Positions 28,935-38,776 of a stretch of 57,898 bases of DNA are shown here, piece by piece (position 1 is the stretch's first letter; each line of letters begins with the position of its first letter). The DNA is from Patescibacteria group bacterium (lineage in GTDB: Bacteria > Patescibacteriota > Minisyncoccia > Phycocordibacterales > JACZSL01), in NCBI GenBank assembly GCA_022561335.1, contig JADFRL010000002.1, positions 1 to 57,898 of the forward strand, in the 5' to 3' direction. Made by a program: the position numbers and the translations under genes. Under the pieces are notes generated by a model that saw nothing but the letters and a program-made list of their open reading frames with translations, searched no databases and was not told the origin of the DNA.

Positions 28935-30191
28935 ATGATAGGCGAGTTAGTTAAGGATTTTTTTACTCTATTTTACTCTGGCCTCTTTGTCAGTTCCGTA
29001 GCAGTCTTTACAAAGACTGCCGTTATTTGGCTGCCCATTTTTTTGGCTGTAACCTTTTGGAAGATTTGGATACGATATATTCAGAAGAAGTTTATACTGA
29101 GCTTTGATTACACTCTTCTTGAAATACGGTTGCCTGTTGAAATTCAAAAATCACCTTTGGCAATGGAGGTCGTATTAAACGGACTGCATATTTCGTTTGG
29201 AGAAACAACGTGGATTGATCGTTACATTCATGGGAAATCGCGTCCATGGCTTTCACTTGAATTAGTCTCAATCGACGGTGAAGTCCATTTTTATATTTGG
29301 GGGCGGTCCAATCAAAAAAACGTTATTGAAGCGCAACTGTATGCTCAATATCCGGAAGTAGAGATTATAGAGGTGGAGGATTATGCTCGGAAAGTGCAAT
29401 TTAAGGTGGGGGAGACAGCATTGTGGGGATGTGATTTCAAATTAACGAAGCCAGACGCGTACCCCATCAAGACCTATGTGGACTACGGACTTGATAAAGA
29501 TCCCAAAGAGGAGTTTAAAGTAGACCCTTTGACCAATGTGATCGAATTTTTGGGGTCGCTTCAGAAAGGAGAGCAGGTATGGTACCAAATTATTATTGAA
29601 AAAGAGCGAGATAGAAAGAAAAAGGGAGTGTTATTCGGCTCTACTGTTTTTCGTCAGACTGATTGGAAGAAAGAGGCAGATGAGCTTATCAAAAAATTAA
29701 GAGCAGAAACCATTCCGGAAATGCCCGGGGAGCACTTTCCTGGGATTCCCAATCCGACTAGAGGCCAAATAGAAACCATGGCGGCAATCGAGAGAAGTAT
29801 TTCAAAACAGGGTTTCAGCTGCGGTATCAGGGGGATCTATTTTGCAGAGAAAGATAAATTTGATCCCTCAAATATAGGACCCCTTTTGAGCTCCTTTAAG
29901 CAGTTTAGCTCTAAGACGTTAAATGGTTTTGTACCTACACGATGGCTTGTTATTTTTGATTACCCGTGGCAGGATTTTCGGGATATCAGAAAAAACAGAA
30001 GACGTGTTAGATTGCTCGATGCTTACCGTAGACGTTCTTGGTTTCATCCCCCGTATAAAACCCCTTCCTATGTTCTCAATACCGAGGAATTGGCGACGCT
30101 TTTTCATTTTCCAGGCCAGACCACGCAGACTCCCACTCTTTCGCGTATTTCCTCAAAAAGGAAAGAGGCGCCCCCTAATTTGCCCAGATAG
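28935..30191 (+). CDS. conserved hypothetical membrane-anchored protein
   Basis: LLEIRLP..SPLAME, AQYP..EI, LNTEELATLFHFP; resembles the N-terminal region of VirB4/TraD-like ATPases but has no P-loop. Confidence 0.6.
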   Translation: MIGELVKDFFTLFYSGLFVSSVAVFTKTAVIWLPIFLAVTFWKIWIRYIQKKFILSFDYTLLEIRLPVEIQKSPLAMEVVLNGLHISFGETTWIDRYIHGKSRPWLSLELVSIDGEVHFYIWGRSNQKNVIEAQLYAQYPEVEIIEVEDYARKVQFKVGETALWGCDFKLTKPDAYPIKTYVDYGLDKDPKEEFKVDPLTNVIEFLGSLQKGEQVWYQIIIEKERDRKKKGVLFGSTVFRQTDWKKEADELIKKLRAETIPEMPGEHFPGIPNPTRGQIETMAAIERSISKQGFSCGIRGIYFAEKDKFDPSNIGPLLSSFKQFSSKTLNGFVPTRWLVIFDYPWQDFRDIRKNRRRVRLLDAYRRRSWFHPPYKTPSYVLNTEELATLFHFPGQTTQTPTLSRISSKRKEAPPNLPR

Positions 30192-30219
30192 TATGAGGTC
30201 GGTATGACTTTAGAGAAGT

Positions 30220-31242
30220 ATGGACAATAGGGTAGTACATATATTAAATGTAGGCTCAGATTTCCTGCTTAGGAAAAGCAAAAATCTAAGCGTCCATAAA
30301 CGTCAAGTAATCATTTCATTAGTGGCTGTGGTTTCAGTACTTGCGGTCTTTTATGTGGTTCTCTATAGAGCGCCCGTAAATTTCCCCGAAGGGGGGACGA
30401 TAACTATTGAAGAAGGGGCTCATTTAAGTGGAATAGCACAGCAGTTTGAACGAGAAGAAGTTGTGAGATCTGCCTTTGCACTGCGAATTCTCATCCTGCT
30501 TTTTAATGGAGAGCGTGAAATATTTGCTGGGGATTACTATTTTAATTCTAAAACCAGCTTGCTGGGAGTTGCTCAAATAATTACCCGTGGGGAGTTTGGT
30601 TTGGTGCCGGTCAAGGTGACTCTTTTTGAGGGGGCAACCGTGGACGAAATGGCTCTAATTTTTGAGAATAATTTTGATCTGTTCGACGTAGAAGAATTTC
30701 TTGAGTTGGCTCTACCGAAGGAGGGGTACCTTTTTCCTGATACCTATTTTTTTCTTCCCACAGTTACCCCTAAAAAAGTGATAAAAGTCATGGAAGAAAA
30801 TTTTACAGCAAAAATTCAGGAAATCAGTGATGACATTGATGAGTTTGGGGAGTCTCTTGAAGATGTTGTTATTATGGCGTCTCTACTTGAAAAAGAGGCA
30901 CGCACCACCAAAACCAGGCGCACGATAGCCGGTATATTATGGAACCGAATAGCTGTGGGTATGCTTCTTCAGGTTGATGCAGTATTTCTCTATATAAATG
31001 GGAAAAATACTTTTGAACTGTCGCTTGAAGATTTACAAATTGATTCGCTTTATAACACATATCTTTATCCAGGTTTGCCCCGTGGTCCCATTGCAAACCC
31101 AGGCCTTGATGCTCTCAAGGCCGCAGTAAACCCAATTGAGACAAGTTATTTCTACTATTTATCTGATCGAGAGGGAATTATGTACTATAGTAAGACATTT
31201 GAGGAGCACAAGTTCAATAAAGAAAGATATTTAAGACAGTAG
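30220..31242 (+). CDS. mltG: endolytic transglycosylase MltG
   Basis: EGYLFPDTY, ASLLEKE, YNTY..PGLP.GPIANPG. Confidence 0.93.
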   Translation: MDNRVVHILNVGSDFLLRKSKNLSVHKRQVIISLVAVVSVLAVFYVVLYRAPVNFPEGGTITIEEGAHLSGIAQQFEREEVVRSAFALRILILLFNGEREIFAGDYYFNSKTSLLGVAQIITRGEFGLVPVKVTLFEGATVDEMALIFENNFDLFDVEEFLELALPKEGYLFPDTYFFLPTVTPKKVIKVMEENFTAKIQEISDDIDEFGESLEDVVIMASLLEKEARTTKTRRTIAGILWNRIAVGMLLQVDAVFLYINGKNTFELSLEDLQIDSLYNTYLYPGLPRGPIANPGLDALKAAVNPIETSYFYYLSDREGIMYYSKTFEEHKFNKERYLRQ

Positions 31243-31243
31243 A

Positions 31244-31288
31244 AAACCGCTCATCATTTAACCTTTACAGGTCAGTGATGAGCGGTTT
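31244..31288. terminator. bidirectional terminator-like hairpin
   Basis: AAACCGCTCATCA...TGATGAGCGGTTT between convergent genes. Confidence 0.6.
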
Positions 31289-31303
31289 ATTTAGCCTCAC
31301 TGT

Positions 31304-31588
31304 TCATTTTATAAAGACCTTTTCTACTTGCCATGCTCGGGATGCTTTTCCTTTCCACTGATTGTCTTTTGGATCATGGACTGAGATAAAACGATATTCT
31401 GTCCCATCAAGAGTGAGAATCATTTCGTAACCGCGATAGACTCCCTTCTTGAGACGGTATGCGAAGTTTCGCCTACTTGCTGCAACTTGAATCGGATCGC
31501 CAAGGTTGCTGACTTCTTCCTCTGCAGTTACTGCAACCGGACGAACGATCCGGATATTTTTATGTACAGGGAACATAACTTGATTCAC
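31304..31588 (-). CDS. hypothetical protein (94 aa)
   Basis: GAAAGGAGGT SD upstream of GTG 31588; ends at the hairpin. Confidence 0.55.
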   Translation of the reverse strand: MNQVMFPVHKNIRIVRPVAVTAEEEVSNLGDPIQVAASRRNFAYRLKKGVYRGYEMILTLDGTEYRFISVHDPKDNQWKGKASRAWQVEKVFIK

Positions 31589-31683
31589 AGCAGACCACCT
31601 CCTTTCACGGTAAGAGGGCACTCGATATCTTATATAATTATGGCTTAATTGTAGTTTACTGTCAATAATGGCATAATAAAGCG

Positions 31684-32805
31684 ATGAATAAAGATCCTGC
31701 AGGGAAAAAAGTGTTTGTAGCACTTTCAGGCGGAGTTGATTCCTCAGTATCCGCCGCTTTACTGCAGAGGGAAGGGTATGATGTTACGGGAGTGTTTATT
31801 AAGGTATGGCACCCTGACTTTTTACCGTGTACGTGGAAGGAAGAAAGACTGGATGCCATGAGGGTTTGTGCTTTCCTTAACATTCCTTTCTTAACTTTTG
31901 ACTTAGAATCTGAATACAAGGATCACGTGGTCAATTACATGATCAATGAATATGCTCTCGGCAGAACCCCCAATCCCGATGTAATGTGCAATAGGTATAT
32001 AAAGTTCGGCGCTTTCTTTAAGAAAGCTCGGGAAAAGGGTGCCGATTATATTGCAACGGGGCACTATGCTATTAAGAAAGAATCAAAAAGCAAAAATCAC
32101 CCCTCGGTCTTGAGCTTGGGGTCGAAGAAAAAAATACGTTACCAACTTCATACCGGAATTGATACTGATAAAGATCAGAGTTATTTTCTCTGGACATTAA
32201 ACCAAGAGGTTCTCAGGCGTATTCTCTTTCCTATTGGAGGGTATACGAAGCCAGAGGTTCGGGTATTAGCGCGAAAATTTAAACTTTTAACTTCCGAAAA
32301 AAAGGACAGTCAAGGGTTGTGCTTTATGGGGAACATTGATATAAAAGAATTTCTAGGACGGTACATCCCGATCAGTAAAGGGGTCGTGGTCAATATCAAA
32401 GGGGAAGTAGTTGGCAGCCATAGGGGTGTGTCTTTTTCTACTGTAGGCCAACGACGGGGAGTCGGAGTGACTACTAGAAATCCATTTGAGAAACCGTATT
32501 ATGTAATTCAAAAAAATGCAGTCGCAAATACACTCATTGTGTCCCATGATCCTTTAACGCAAAAAAAAGACTCAAAGGAAGTATATTTGGAGCATGAAAA
32601 TTGGATAGCTGACACATTGCCTGCAGCTGGAGATTATTTGGCTAGATTTCGTCATAGACAGGATCCAGAAGAGTGCGAACTATTTTTTGATTTAGCTGGC
32701 AAACCCACTGTCCGATTTAAAAGACATCAGATAGGTTTATCAAGCGGACAATCACTTGTTCTCTACAACGGGGCTCACTGTATAGGAGGAGGTATAATGA
32801 AGTAG
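31684..32805 (+). CDS. mnmA: tRNA 2-thiouridine synthase MnmA
   Basis: SGGVDSS, TPNPDVMCN, ATGHY, KDQSYFL, DSQGLCF. Confidence 0.96.
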   Translation: MNKDPAGKKVFVALSGGVDSSVSAALLQREGYDVTGVFIKVWHPDFLPCTWKEERLDAMRVCAFLNIPFLTFDLESEYKDHVVNYMINEYALGRTPNPDVMCNRYIKFGAFFKKAREKGADYIATGHYAIKKESKSKNHPSVLSLGSKKKIRYQLHTGIDTDKDQSYFLWTLNQEVLRRILFPIGGYTKPEVRVLARKFKLLTSEKKDSQGLCFMGNIDIKEFLGRYIPISKGVVVNIKGEVVGSHRGVSFSTVGQRRGVGVTTRNPFEKPYYVIQKNAVANTLIVSHDPLTQKKDSKEVYLEHENWIADTLPAAGDYLARFRHRQDPEECELFFDLAGKPTVRFKRHQIGLSSGQSLVLYNGAHCIGGGIMK

Positions 32806-32854
32806 CAGTTCGATTGAAGTGTATTCACTTTTTTATGTTATACTGAAAGTTACA

Positions 32855-33292
32855 ATGTATCCAAGGACGTATACGACAGTAGTAGCTTTTTTAATAACAG
32901 GTGTCATTATCGCCGGGTGGATCTATGTTTTAAATACGTCACCAACGTCGCGAGACGAGACAGTTTCTTCACCGCTCCAGACTATTACTGTACGGCATCG
33001 GTATGATGAAGGAGAACATCGTTATTTCGGTTCTATCAATGTACCCACGCCCTGCTACTCACTTATATCGCAAGCTGTCGTACATCTTGAACTAGAACCG
33101 GATGAAGTAATGTTGAATCTTACGGCTTCAGCTGATATGGAGGAATGTGAGCCAGAGGTCACATCAAAAATATTTCTCATAACGTTTAAGGCGGAAAAGA
33201 ATGCATTGATTGCTGCGACATTTAACAGTGAAAAAATTCTTCTTGAGACCATAGAGGTAGAGGAGGAAGAGTCAGTAGTGTTGATTCAATAA
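32855..33292 (+). CDS. hypothetical membrane-anchored protein
   Basis: N-terminal TM, PTPC..C pair. Confidence 0.65.
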   Translation: MYPRTYTTVVAFLITGVIIAGWIYVLNTSPTSRDETVSSPLQTITVRHRYDEGEHRYFGSINVPTPCYSLISQAVVHLELEPDEVMLNLTASADMEECEPEVTSKIFLITFKAEKNALIAATFNSEKILLETIEVEEEESVVLIQ

Positions 33293-33310
33293 GGCCGCTA
33301 CTTATAATGC

Positions 33311-34171
33311 ATGCCATCGTACGAACAGATTTACATCACTAAGGCAAATGGTGATAGGGAGCTTTTCGATGCTAAGAAACTGTCGTTGTCTCTTAAGCAT
33401 TCAGGAGCTTCAGATTTGGCGGTGCAAGAGGTGATAGACCACATAGTCAAAGAGCTAAAGGACGAGATGAGCACCACGTACATCTATCGTCACGCTTTTT
33501 CGCTTTTGCGGAAGATTGAACAGCAGCCCGTTGCAGCCCGCTATTCACTTAGGCGTGCAATTCTAGAGTTGGGTCCGACGGGGTTTCCTTTTGAAGACTA
33601 TATAGCCAAAATATTTTCTGGTCTTGGATATAGCACGGCAACAGAGCAGATGATAGAGGGAAAGTGCGCTACTCATGAAGTCGATATGGTTGCACATAAA
33701 GGGAATAAATGTATCGGAGCAGAAATTAAATTTCACAACAGATTAGGCATCAAGACGGATCTCAAAGTAGCCCTTTATGTTCATGCGCGATTTGAGGATA
33801 TCAAAGGCAATATATGCTCCAAAGGAGACAGGAGTGGCGAAGAGGAGGGATGGCTTATCACCAATACGAAATTTACAAAAAATGCCATTACTTATAGCAG
33901 GTGTGTCGGCCTCACGCTTATAGGATGGAATTATCCACAAAGGGGGAATCTTTCCGATCTCATTCAAGAAACGGCTGTATATCCCATAACCACACTTTCA
34001 ACACTTACGCATACTGAAAAGGCGGCTCTGCTCGGAGTGGGAGTGGTACTGTGCGGAGATTTATCAAGTGACAGAGAGGCCCTTGCCCGGGCCGGGGTCG
34101 CGGCTTCCAAAATAGCTACAGTAATAGAGGAAAGTCAAGCCTTGTGCGGGGCAGGGCATCGTATAGAATAA
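33311..34171 (+). CDS. ATP-cone + Mrr-like restriction endonuclease-fold protein
   Basis: KANGDRELFDAKKL ATP cone; GFPFE, HEVD, EIKFH, ITNTKFT. Confidence 0.8.
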   Translation: MPSYEQIYITKANGDRELFDAKKLSLSLKHSGASDLAVQEVIDHIVKELKDEMSTTYIYRHAFSLLRKIEQQPVAARYSLRRAILELGPTGFPFEDYIAKIFSGLGYSTATEQMIEGKCATHEVDMVAHKGNKCIGAEIKFHNRLGIKTDLKVALYVHARFEDIKGNICSKGDRSGEEEGWLITNTKFTKNAITYSRCVGLTLIGWNYPQRGNLSDLIQETAVYPITTLSTLTHTEKAALLGVGVVLCGDLSSDREALARAGVAASKIATVIEESQALCGAGHRIE

Positions 34172-34175
34172 CGGT

Positions 34176-34712
34176 ATGGAATCAGTAGGAAAAGCAGATA
34201 ATAAAATCTATAAAGGAGGGATAAGGCACAGTAGAGTGGTATTGTCTTTAGTTATAGGTTTTGTTTTGGGATCAGTTACCACATGGATTGCTCTTGGAAG
34301 TACTGCCTTTTCGCCGACAATACTTATTGACTCCCCTGAGCTTTTAGGAGATGCGACAATGACGGCTTCGACGTCTCTTGAGTATGTAATTGTGGAGGAT
34401 CAGCTGGCAGGGGACAGAGTTCTCATAAAAGAAATCGCATTGACAGATTCTGGGTGGGCTGTAGTGCATGAAGACGCAGGGGGAGTTCCGGGTAATGCCC
34501 TCGGGGCCCAACGCTTCGATAAGGGAGTACACAGCGGTACGATTCATTTGCTCCGCAACACCGAAGCGGATCAGGGGTACTACATACTTCTGTATCAGGA
34601 CAATGGAGATAGAAAATTTGATCTTGAAACAGCTATTTTAATTACTGATGCAGAAGCCATTCCCATCAAGAGTACATTTCAGGTTATCAGGATTGACAGA
34701 AAAATCAATTAG
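34176..34712 (+). CDS. hypothetical membrane-anchored protein
   Basis: TM, DQLAG, GWAVVHE..G.PGNALGA, DNGD..FD. Confidence 0.65.
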   Translation: MESVGKADNKIYKGGIRHSRVVLSLVIGFVLGSVTTWIALGSTAFSPTILIDSPELLGDATMTASTSLEYVIVEDQLAGDRVLIKEIALTDSGWAVVHEDAGGVPGNALGAQRFDKGVHSGTIHLLRNTEADQGYYILLYQDNGDRKFDLETAILITDAEAIPIKSTFQVIRIDRKIN

Positions 34713-34739
34713 CAATAATAGCTGTGTTATACTGCTAAT

Positions 34740-35648
34740 GTGGCAGGGTATAATCCAAATCGTTCAGCAGATTGGAACTATGGAGGCAAAAAATGGCGGC
34801 TCTCTCGCTCAAAGATAGAGCTCTTTATTGAATGCCCCCGTTGTTTTTATCTTAATAATAAGTTAGGAACCTCACGTCCGCGCGGCCCTGCATTTACTAT
34901 TAACATTGCGGTTGACACTTTATTTAAAAAAGAATTTGATGTCTATCGCATTAAAAAAATTCCCCATCCGCTTATGCGAGAGTATCGAATTGATGCAGTG
35001 CCATTTAAACACAAAGATTTAAACACATGGAGGAATAACTTCGAAGGACTTCAATTTAAGCACATTTCCACTGACTTTACTGTTTCTGGCGCCATAGATG
35101 ATGTGTGGCAAAACCCAGAGGGAGAGCTGATAGTGGTTGATTATAAGGCAACTTCAAAAAAGGGGACGATTGCATCACTATCTGATTCATCCTGGGAGGA
35201 GCAATACAAAAGGCAAATAGGGGTGTACCAATGGTTACTCAAGCACAATGGGTTTTCTGTTCATAAGACAGGATATTTTGTGTACGCCAATGCAAGTACT
35301 GACAAGGAAATGTTTGACGGAAAGCTGGAGTTTGAGGTTACGCTTGTGCCGTGCGAGGGGGATACCGACTGGATAGAGCCGATACTCCATGATATTAAAG
35401 AATGTCTTGAACGTGAAAGTGTACCTCCCTCCGGAGAACGTTGTGAATTTTGTCCGTATCGGGAAGCTGCAGGGAAGAAGTTGCAGAAGATACAATTAGC
35501 TCGAAAGAGCTTCAAAGTGGAGGGAGACACGAAAAGAGAGACTTTGGGGCCAAAACGTGCCTTGAAAAAGAGCATGTCGCAGAAAAAGCAGAAGGGAGAA
35601 CCTGTTCAGGGAGAATCTTCCGATATCAAAACAGCTACACTTTTCTAA
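34740..35648 (+). CDS. PD-(D/E)XK nuclease (RecB/Cas4-like, solo)
   Basis: LSRSKI..F.ECPRC, GAIDD, VVDYKAT, Q...Y, CEFC. Confidence 0.85.
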   Translation: MAGYNPNRSADWNYGGKKWRLSRSKIELFIECPRCFYLNNKLGTSRPRGPAFTINIAVDTLFKKEFDVYRIKKIPHPLMREYRIDAVPFKHKDLNTWRNNFEGLQFKHISTDFTVSGAIDDVWQNPEGELIVVDYKATSKKGTIASLSDSSWEEQYKRQIGVYQWLLKHNGFSVHKTGYFVYANASTDKEMFDGKLEFEVTLVPCEGDTDWIEPILHDIKECLERESVPPSGERCEFCPYREAAGKKLQKIQLARKSFKVEGDTKRETLGPKRALKKSMSQKKQKGEPVQGESSDIKTATLF

Positions 35649-35649
35649 A

Positions 35650-35904
35650 ATGTTATTTAGCGAAAGAGCAAAGAAAATTGTATCACGTATACCTAAAGGG
35701 AGCGTGCTAACGTACAAAGAGGTTGCACGTCTTGCCGGAAACCCAAAGGCTTCCCGCGCTGTGGGTACTATCATGAGTAACAACCGAGACATAAACGTTC
35801 CATGCCACCGCGTTATTAGGTCAGACGGTCGTGCTGGTGGATACAATAAAGACGGGAGCCGTCAAAAAATTGCGCGACTTAGAGAAGAGGGTGTATTCTT
35901 ATAA
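35650..35904 (+). CDS. MGMT family O6-alkylguanine DNA-binding/transferase domain
   Basis: IPKGSVLTY, RAVG, PCHRV. Confidence 0.9.
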   Translation: MLFSERAKKIVSRIPKGSVLTYKEVARLAGNPKASRAVGTIMSNNRDINVPCHRVIRSDGRAGGYNKDGSRQKIARLREEGVFL

Positions 35905-35910
35905 CATATT

Positions 35911-36333
35911 ATGTGGGCTATCTATGCACTTCTTTCAGCACTGGGAGCAGCACTTGTTGCGATTCTTGCAAAGCTTGGGCTGGAGGAGATTGACTCGACT
36001 CTAGCAACTACCATCCGTTCGATTATAATGGCAATTTTTTTGGTGCTGGTAAGTTTATTGTTCCATAAATTCGATGGTTTTACACTTGGGGCTCTGACAT
36101 CACGGTCATGGGTGCTTATTGCACTTGCCGGTATTGCAGGAGCAATGTCGTGGCTCTTCTATTTCCTGGCACTCAAAACAGGCGCTGCCACAGGCGTCGT
36201 TGCCATTGACCGTTTGAGTATAGTGCTCGTTATCATATTGGCGGCGGTCTTTCTCGGAGAGGCATTGACCTGGAAGGCTGCCCTAGGAGCCGTGTTAGTG
36301 GTAACCGGAGCACTTCTTATTTCATTTAAATAA
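35911..36333 (+). CDS. EamA/DMT family transporter
   Basis: AKLGL..IDS.LAT.IR, SWLFYFLALK, LGE. Confidence 0.88.
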   Translation: MWAIYALLSALGAALVAILAKLGLEEIDSTLATTIRSIIMAIFLVLVSLLFHKFDGFTLGALTSRSWVLIALAGIAGAMSWLFYFLALKTGAATGVVAIDRLSIVLVIILAAVFLGEALTWKAALGAVLVVTGALLISFK

Positions 36334-36426
36334 TTTTACCATTCTATGAGAACGGGTTGGAATCTAAAAAGTACTCCCACTCTATAGTGGTGTGGCGTTT
36401 TAACAAGAGAACAGTACTGATACTAA

Positions 36427-38409
36427 CTACCAAATAACAACGCGGTCTTTTGGAGGGCGATACATTTTGTCTTTTTCGGTAACGTCAAATGCCTTATAGA
36501 ACTCCTCCATGTTTGACATGGGACCGTTAATTCTAAATTTAGCAGGAGAGTGTGGGTCAATTTTAATTGAAAATTTTGCAATTTCATTGCGGTAAAGTCC
36601 GCGATCTGCAATTGCGGCACCTATGAAAAAACGCTGCTCGGGAGTAAATCCGTCGATCTTTGAGGTTTTCTTGCCCCTCCGTGCTTTCCGCAGCGCTCTA
36701 AAGGCAATGACTAAACCACCGAGGTCTGCGATGTTTTCCCCGAGTGTCAATTCGCCATTGACGCTTATGCCCCCCATGATCTTAAACGAATTAAATTGAT
36801 TAATGAGTACCTTTGTTTTTGCCTCAAAATTTTTCCTATCCTTTTTTTTCCACCAGTTTTTGTGATTGCCCTTTGCGTCAAATTGAGAACCTTTGTCATC
36901 AAATCCATGAGTTAATTCGTGCCCAATAACTGCACCGATTGCGCCGTAATTGATCGCATCATCTGCATCAGGATTAAAGAAGGGTGGTTGCAAAATACCT
37001 GCAGGAAATGCAATGTTGTTGAGACTTGAACTGTAGTACGCATTTACTGTTGGGGGAGTCATGAACCATTCCTTCCGATCAACGGGTTTCCCAAGCTTTT
37101 TCATGTCTCGCTTAAAGAAGAATCGTGAGAGAGTCATGCAATTCTCTGCATACGAGAGATCAGAATTGATACGCACTCCTTTATAGCTTTTCCACTTTTC
37201 GGGATACCCGATTTTAGAAACGATCGCTTGAAGTTTTTCATGGGCTTTCTTTTTGGTAGCGTTATCCATCCAGTCGAGTTCATCAATCCTCTCTGCGTAT
37301 GCTCTCATGAGATTTTTCACGAGTGACTCCATCTTTTTCTTTGCAGATGGATGAAAGTGCTTCTTTACGTATAATTCTCCAAGAGCTTCTCCAAGCCCCG
37401 CATCAAGTGTAGAAAGACTCCGCTTCCAACGTGGCTGCAGCTTTTTGTTGCCACCAATAACTCTCCCATAAAAATTAAAACTCTCATTAACAATTGGATC
37501 ACTAAGTTTTCCTGTGTATGCACTTATAAGGTGCCATATTAAGTATAGTTTAATCTTTTTAAGCGAAGTAGACTGCAGAATACGGTCCATAGTCTTTAGA
37601 AATTTAGGCTGATCAACAATAACGCTTGATAGTTTGGAAACACCAATGAGTTTTAGGTACGTCTTCCAATCAATGTGTGGTGACATTTTTTGAAGTTCTG
37701 TGATCGTATTCTTGTTATATTGCGCCGAGATATTTCGAAGTTCGACGTGGGTCATCGATGCTTTAGCTAATTTTAACTCAATATTCATTACTGTTTTGAG
37801 TATTTCTGTCCTTTCATTCACGCTGCGACTTGTAAGCTTGAGCATAGTAAGGACATGCTTTTTAAATGCACTTCTTACACGCCTTGAGTCCTTATCAGCT
37901 TTTGTATAGTAGTCACGATCCGGCATACTGAGACCTCCTTGGTGTATTCGCAGTACGATTTTTTCACTATTCTTATCGTCCTGATCTGTGTAGACTTCCC
38001 AAAACACACCCACACCTATTTGGTGAAGATAAGCCAAAAGTGGTATTACCTCGTCCTTTTTCTTAAGAGCCTCAATACGTTCGAGTATTTTTTGAAGAGG
38101 TTTCATTCCATCTTTGTTTCGTCTGGCCCCATCCATCCCCAGAAGGTATAAATCTCGAAGTTTTTGTATGTTGCTGCCTTTAAGCACTCTAGTTGTTTTT
38201 ATAAGATCATTTACAATTGCATGCAGCTTTTTTTTACTGTCGTCATGTAGAACGTAAAAGGAGCCCCACCTATTTTCGGTAGGTGGGATCTTTGTTTTTT
38301 TGAGCCAGCCCCCATTCACAAATTGATAAAAATCATCGGCGGGACGTACGGACTTATCGAAGTCATGTAGACGTACGGGTCTATATTTTTTGTTTATTAT
38401 TTTTACCAT
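36427..38409 (-). CDS. M13 family metallopeptidase (PepO-like)
   Basis: DDFYQFVNG, VNAYY, HELTH, GENIAD, DPHSP. Confidence 0.94.
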   Translation of the reverse strand: MVKIINKKYRPVRLHDFDKSVRPADDFYQFVNGGWLKKTKIPPTENRWGSFYVLHDDSKKKLHAIVNDLIKTTRVLKGSNIQKLRDLYLLGMDGARRNKDGMKPLQKILERIEALKKKDEVIPLLAYLHQIGVGVFWEVYTDQDDKNSEKIVLRIHQGGLSMPDRDYYTKADKDSRRVRSAFKKHVLTMLKLTSRSVNERTEILKTVMNIELKLAKASMTHVELRNISAQYNKNTITELQKMSPHIDWKTYLKLIGVSKLSSVIVDQPKFLKTMDRILQSTSLKKIKLYLIWHLISAYTGKLSDPIVNESFNFYGRVIGGNKKLQPRWKRSLSTLDAGLGEALGELYVKKHFHPSAKKKMESLVKNLMRAYAERIDELDWMDNATKKKAHEKLQAIVSKIGYPEKWKSYKGVRINSDLSYAENCMTLSRFFFKRDMKKLGKPVDRKEWFMTPPTVNAYYSSSLNNIAFPAGILQPPFFNPDADDAINYGAIGAVIGHELTHGFDDKGSQFDAKGNHKNWWKKKDRKNFEAKTKVLINQFNSFKIMGGISVNGELTLGENIADLGGLVIAFRALRKARRGKKTSKIDGFTPEQRFFIGAAIADRGLYRNEIAKFSIKIDPHSPAKFRINGPMSNMEEFYKAFDVTEKDKMYRPPKDRVVIW

Positions 38410-38502
38410 AGCAGGGTCTATAGTATCTTATATTGAAGCGGCGTTCAATATTAAATTATGGTTGAATTTTATGATTTTTTTGTACATAATAGTCATGTAA
38501 CT

Positions 38503-38733
38503 ATGGAATTTGATTTACTCTTTTGGGGAATAACACTCGGTTTTCTTGGAAAGGTTCTGCTTGGTATTACGGTCATTCGCGTCCACGGACGTATAATTAA
38601 AGAGCATCATATTGATGAGATTGTACTCAAGGAGATGAGAAGTGAGAAACTACTTGCAATAGCAGCTATTATGCTGATAGTAATTGGGTACTTTTTAGAA
38701 ATCACTTATTTTGAATTTCTACCAATCTTTTGA
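38503..38733 (+). CDS. small membrane protein
   Basis: 2 TM, H.RI.KEH.ID motif. Confidence 0.6.
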   Translation: MEFDLLFWGITLGFLGKVLLGITVIRVHGRIIKEHHIDEIVLKEMRSEKLLAIAAIMLIVIGYFLEITYFEFLPIF

Positions 38734-38776
38734 TACTCCTGTGAAAAAATAGTAAAAATATAGTATTGTTGAGCTC

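Noticed and set aside
34740-35648. CRISPR-Cas locus suggested by the Cas4-like nuclease
   Set aside because: No cas1/cas2 and no repeat-spacer array seen anywhere in the window.
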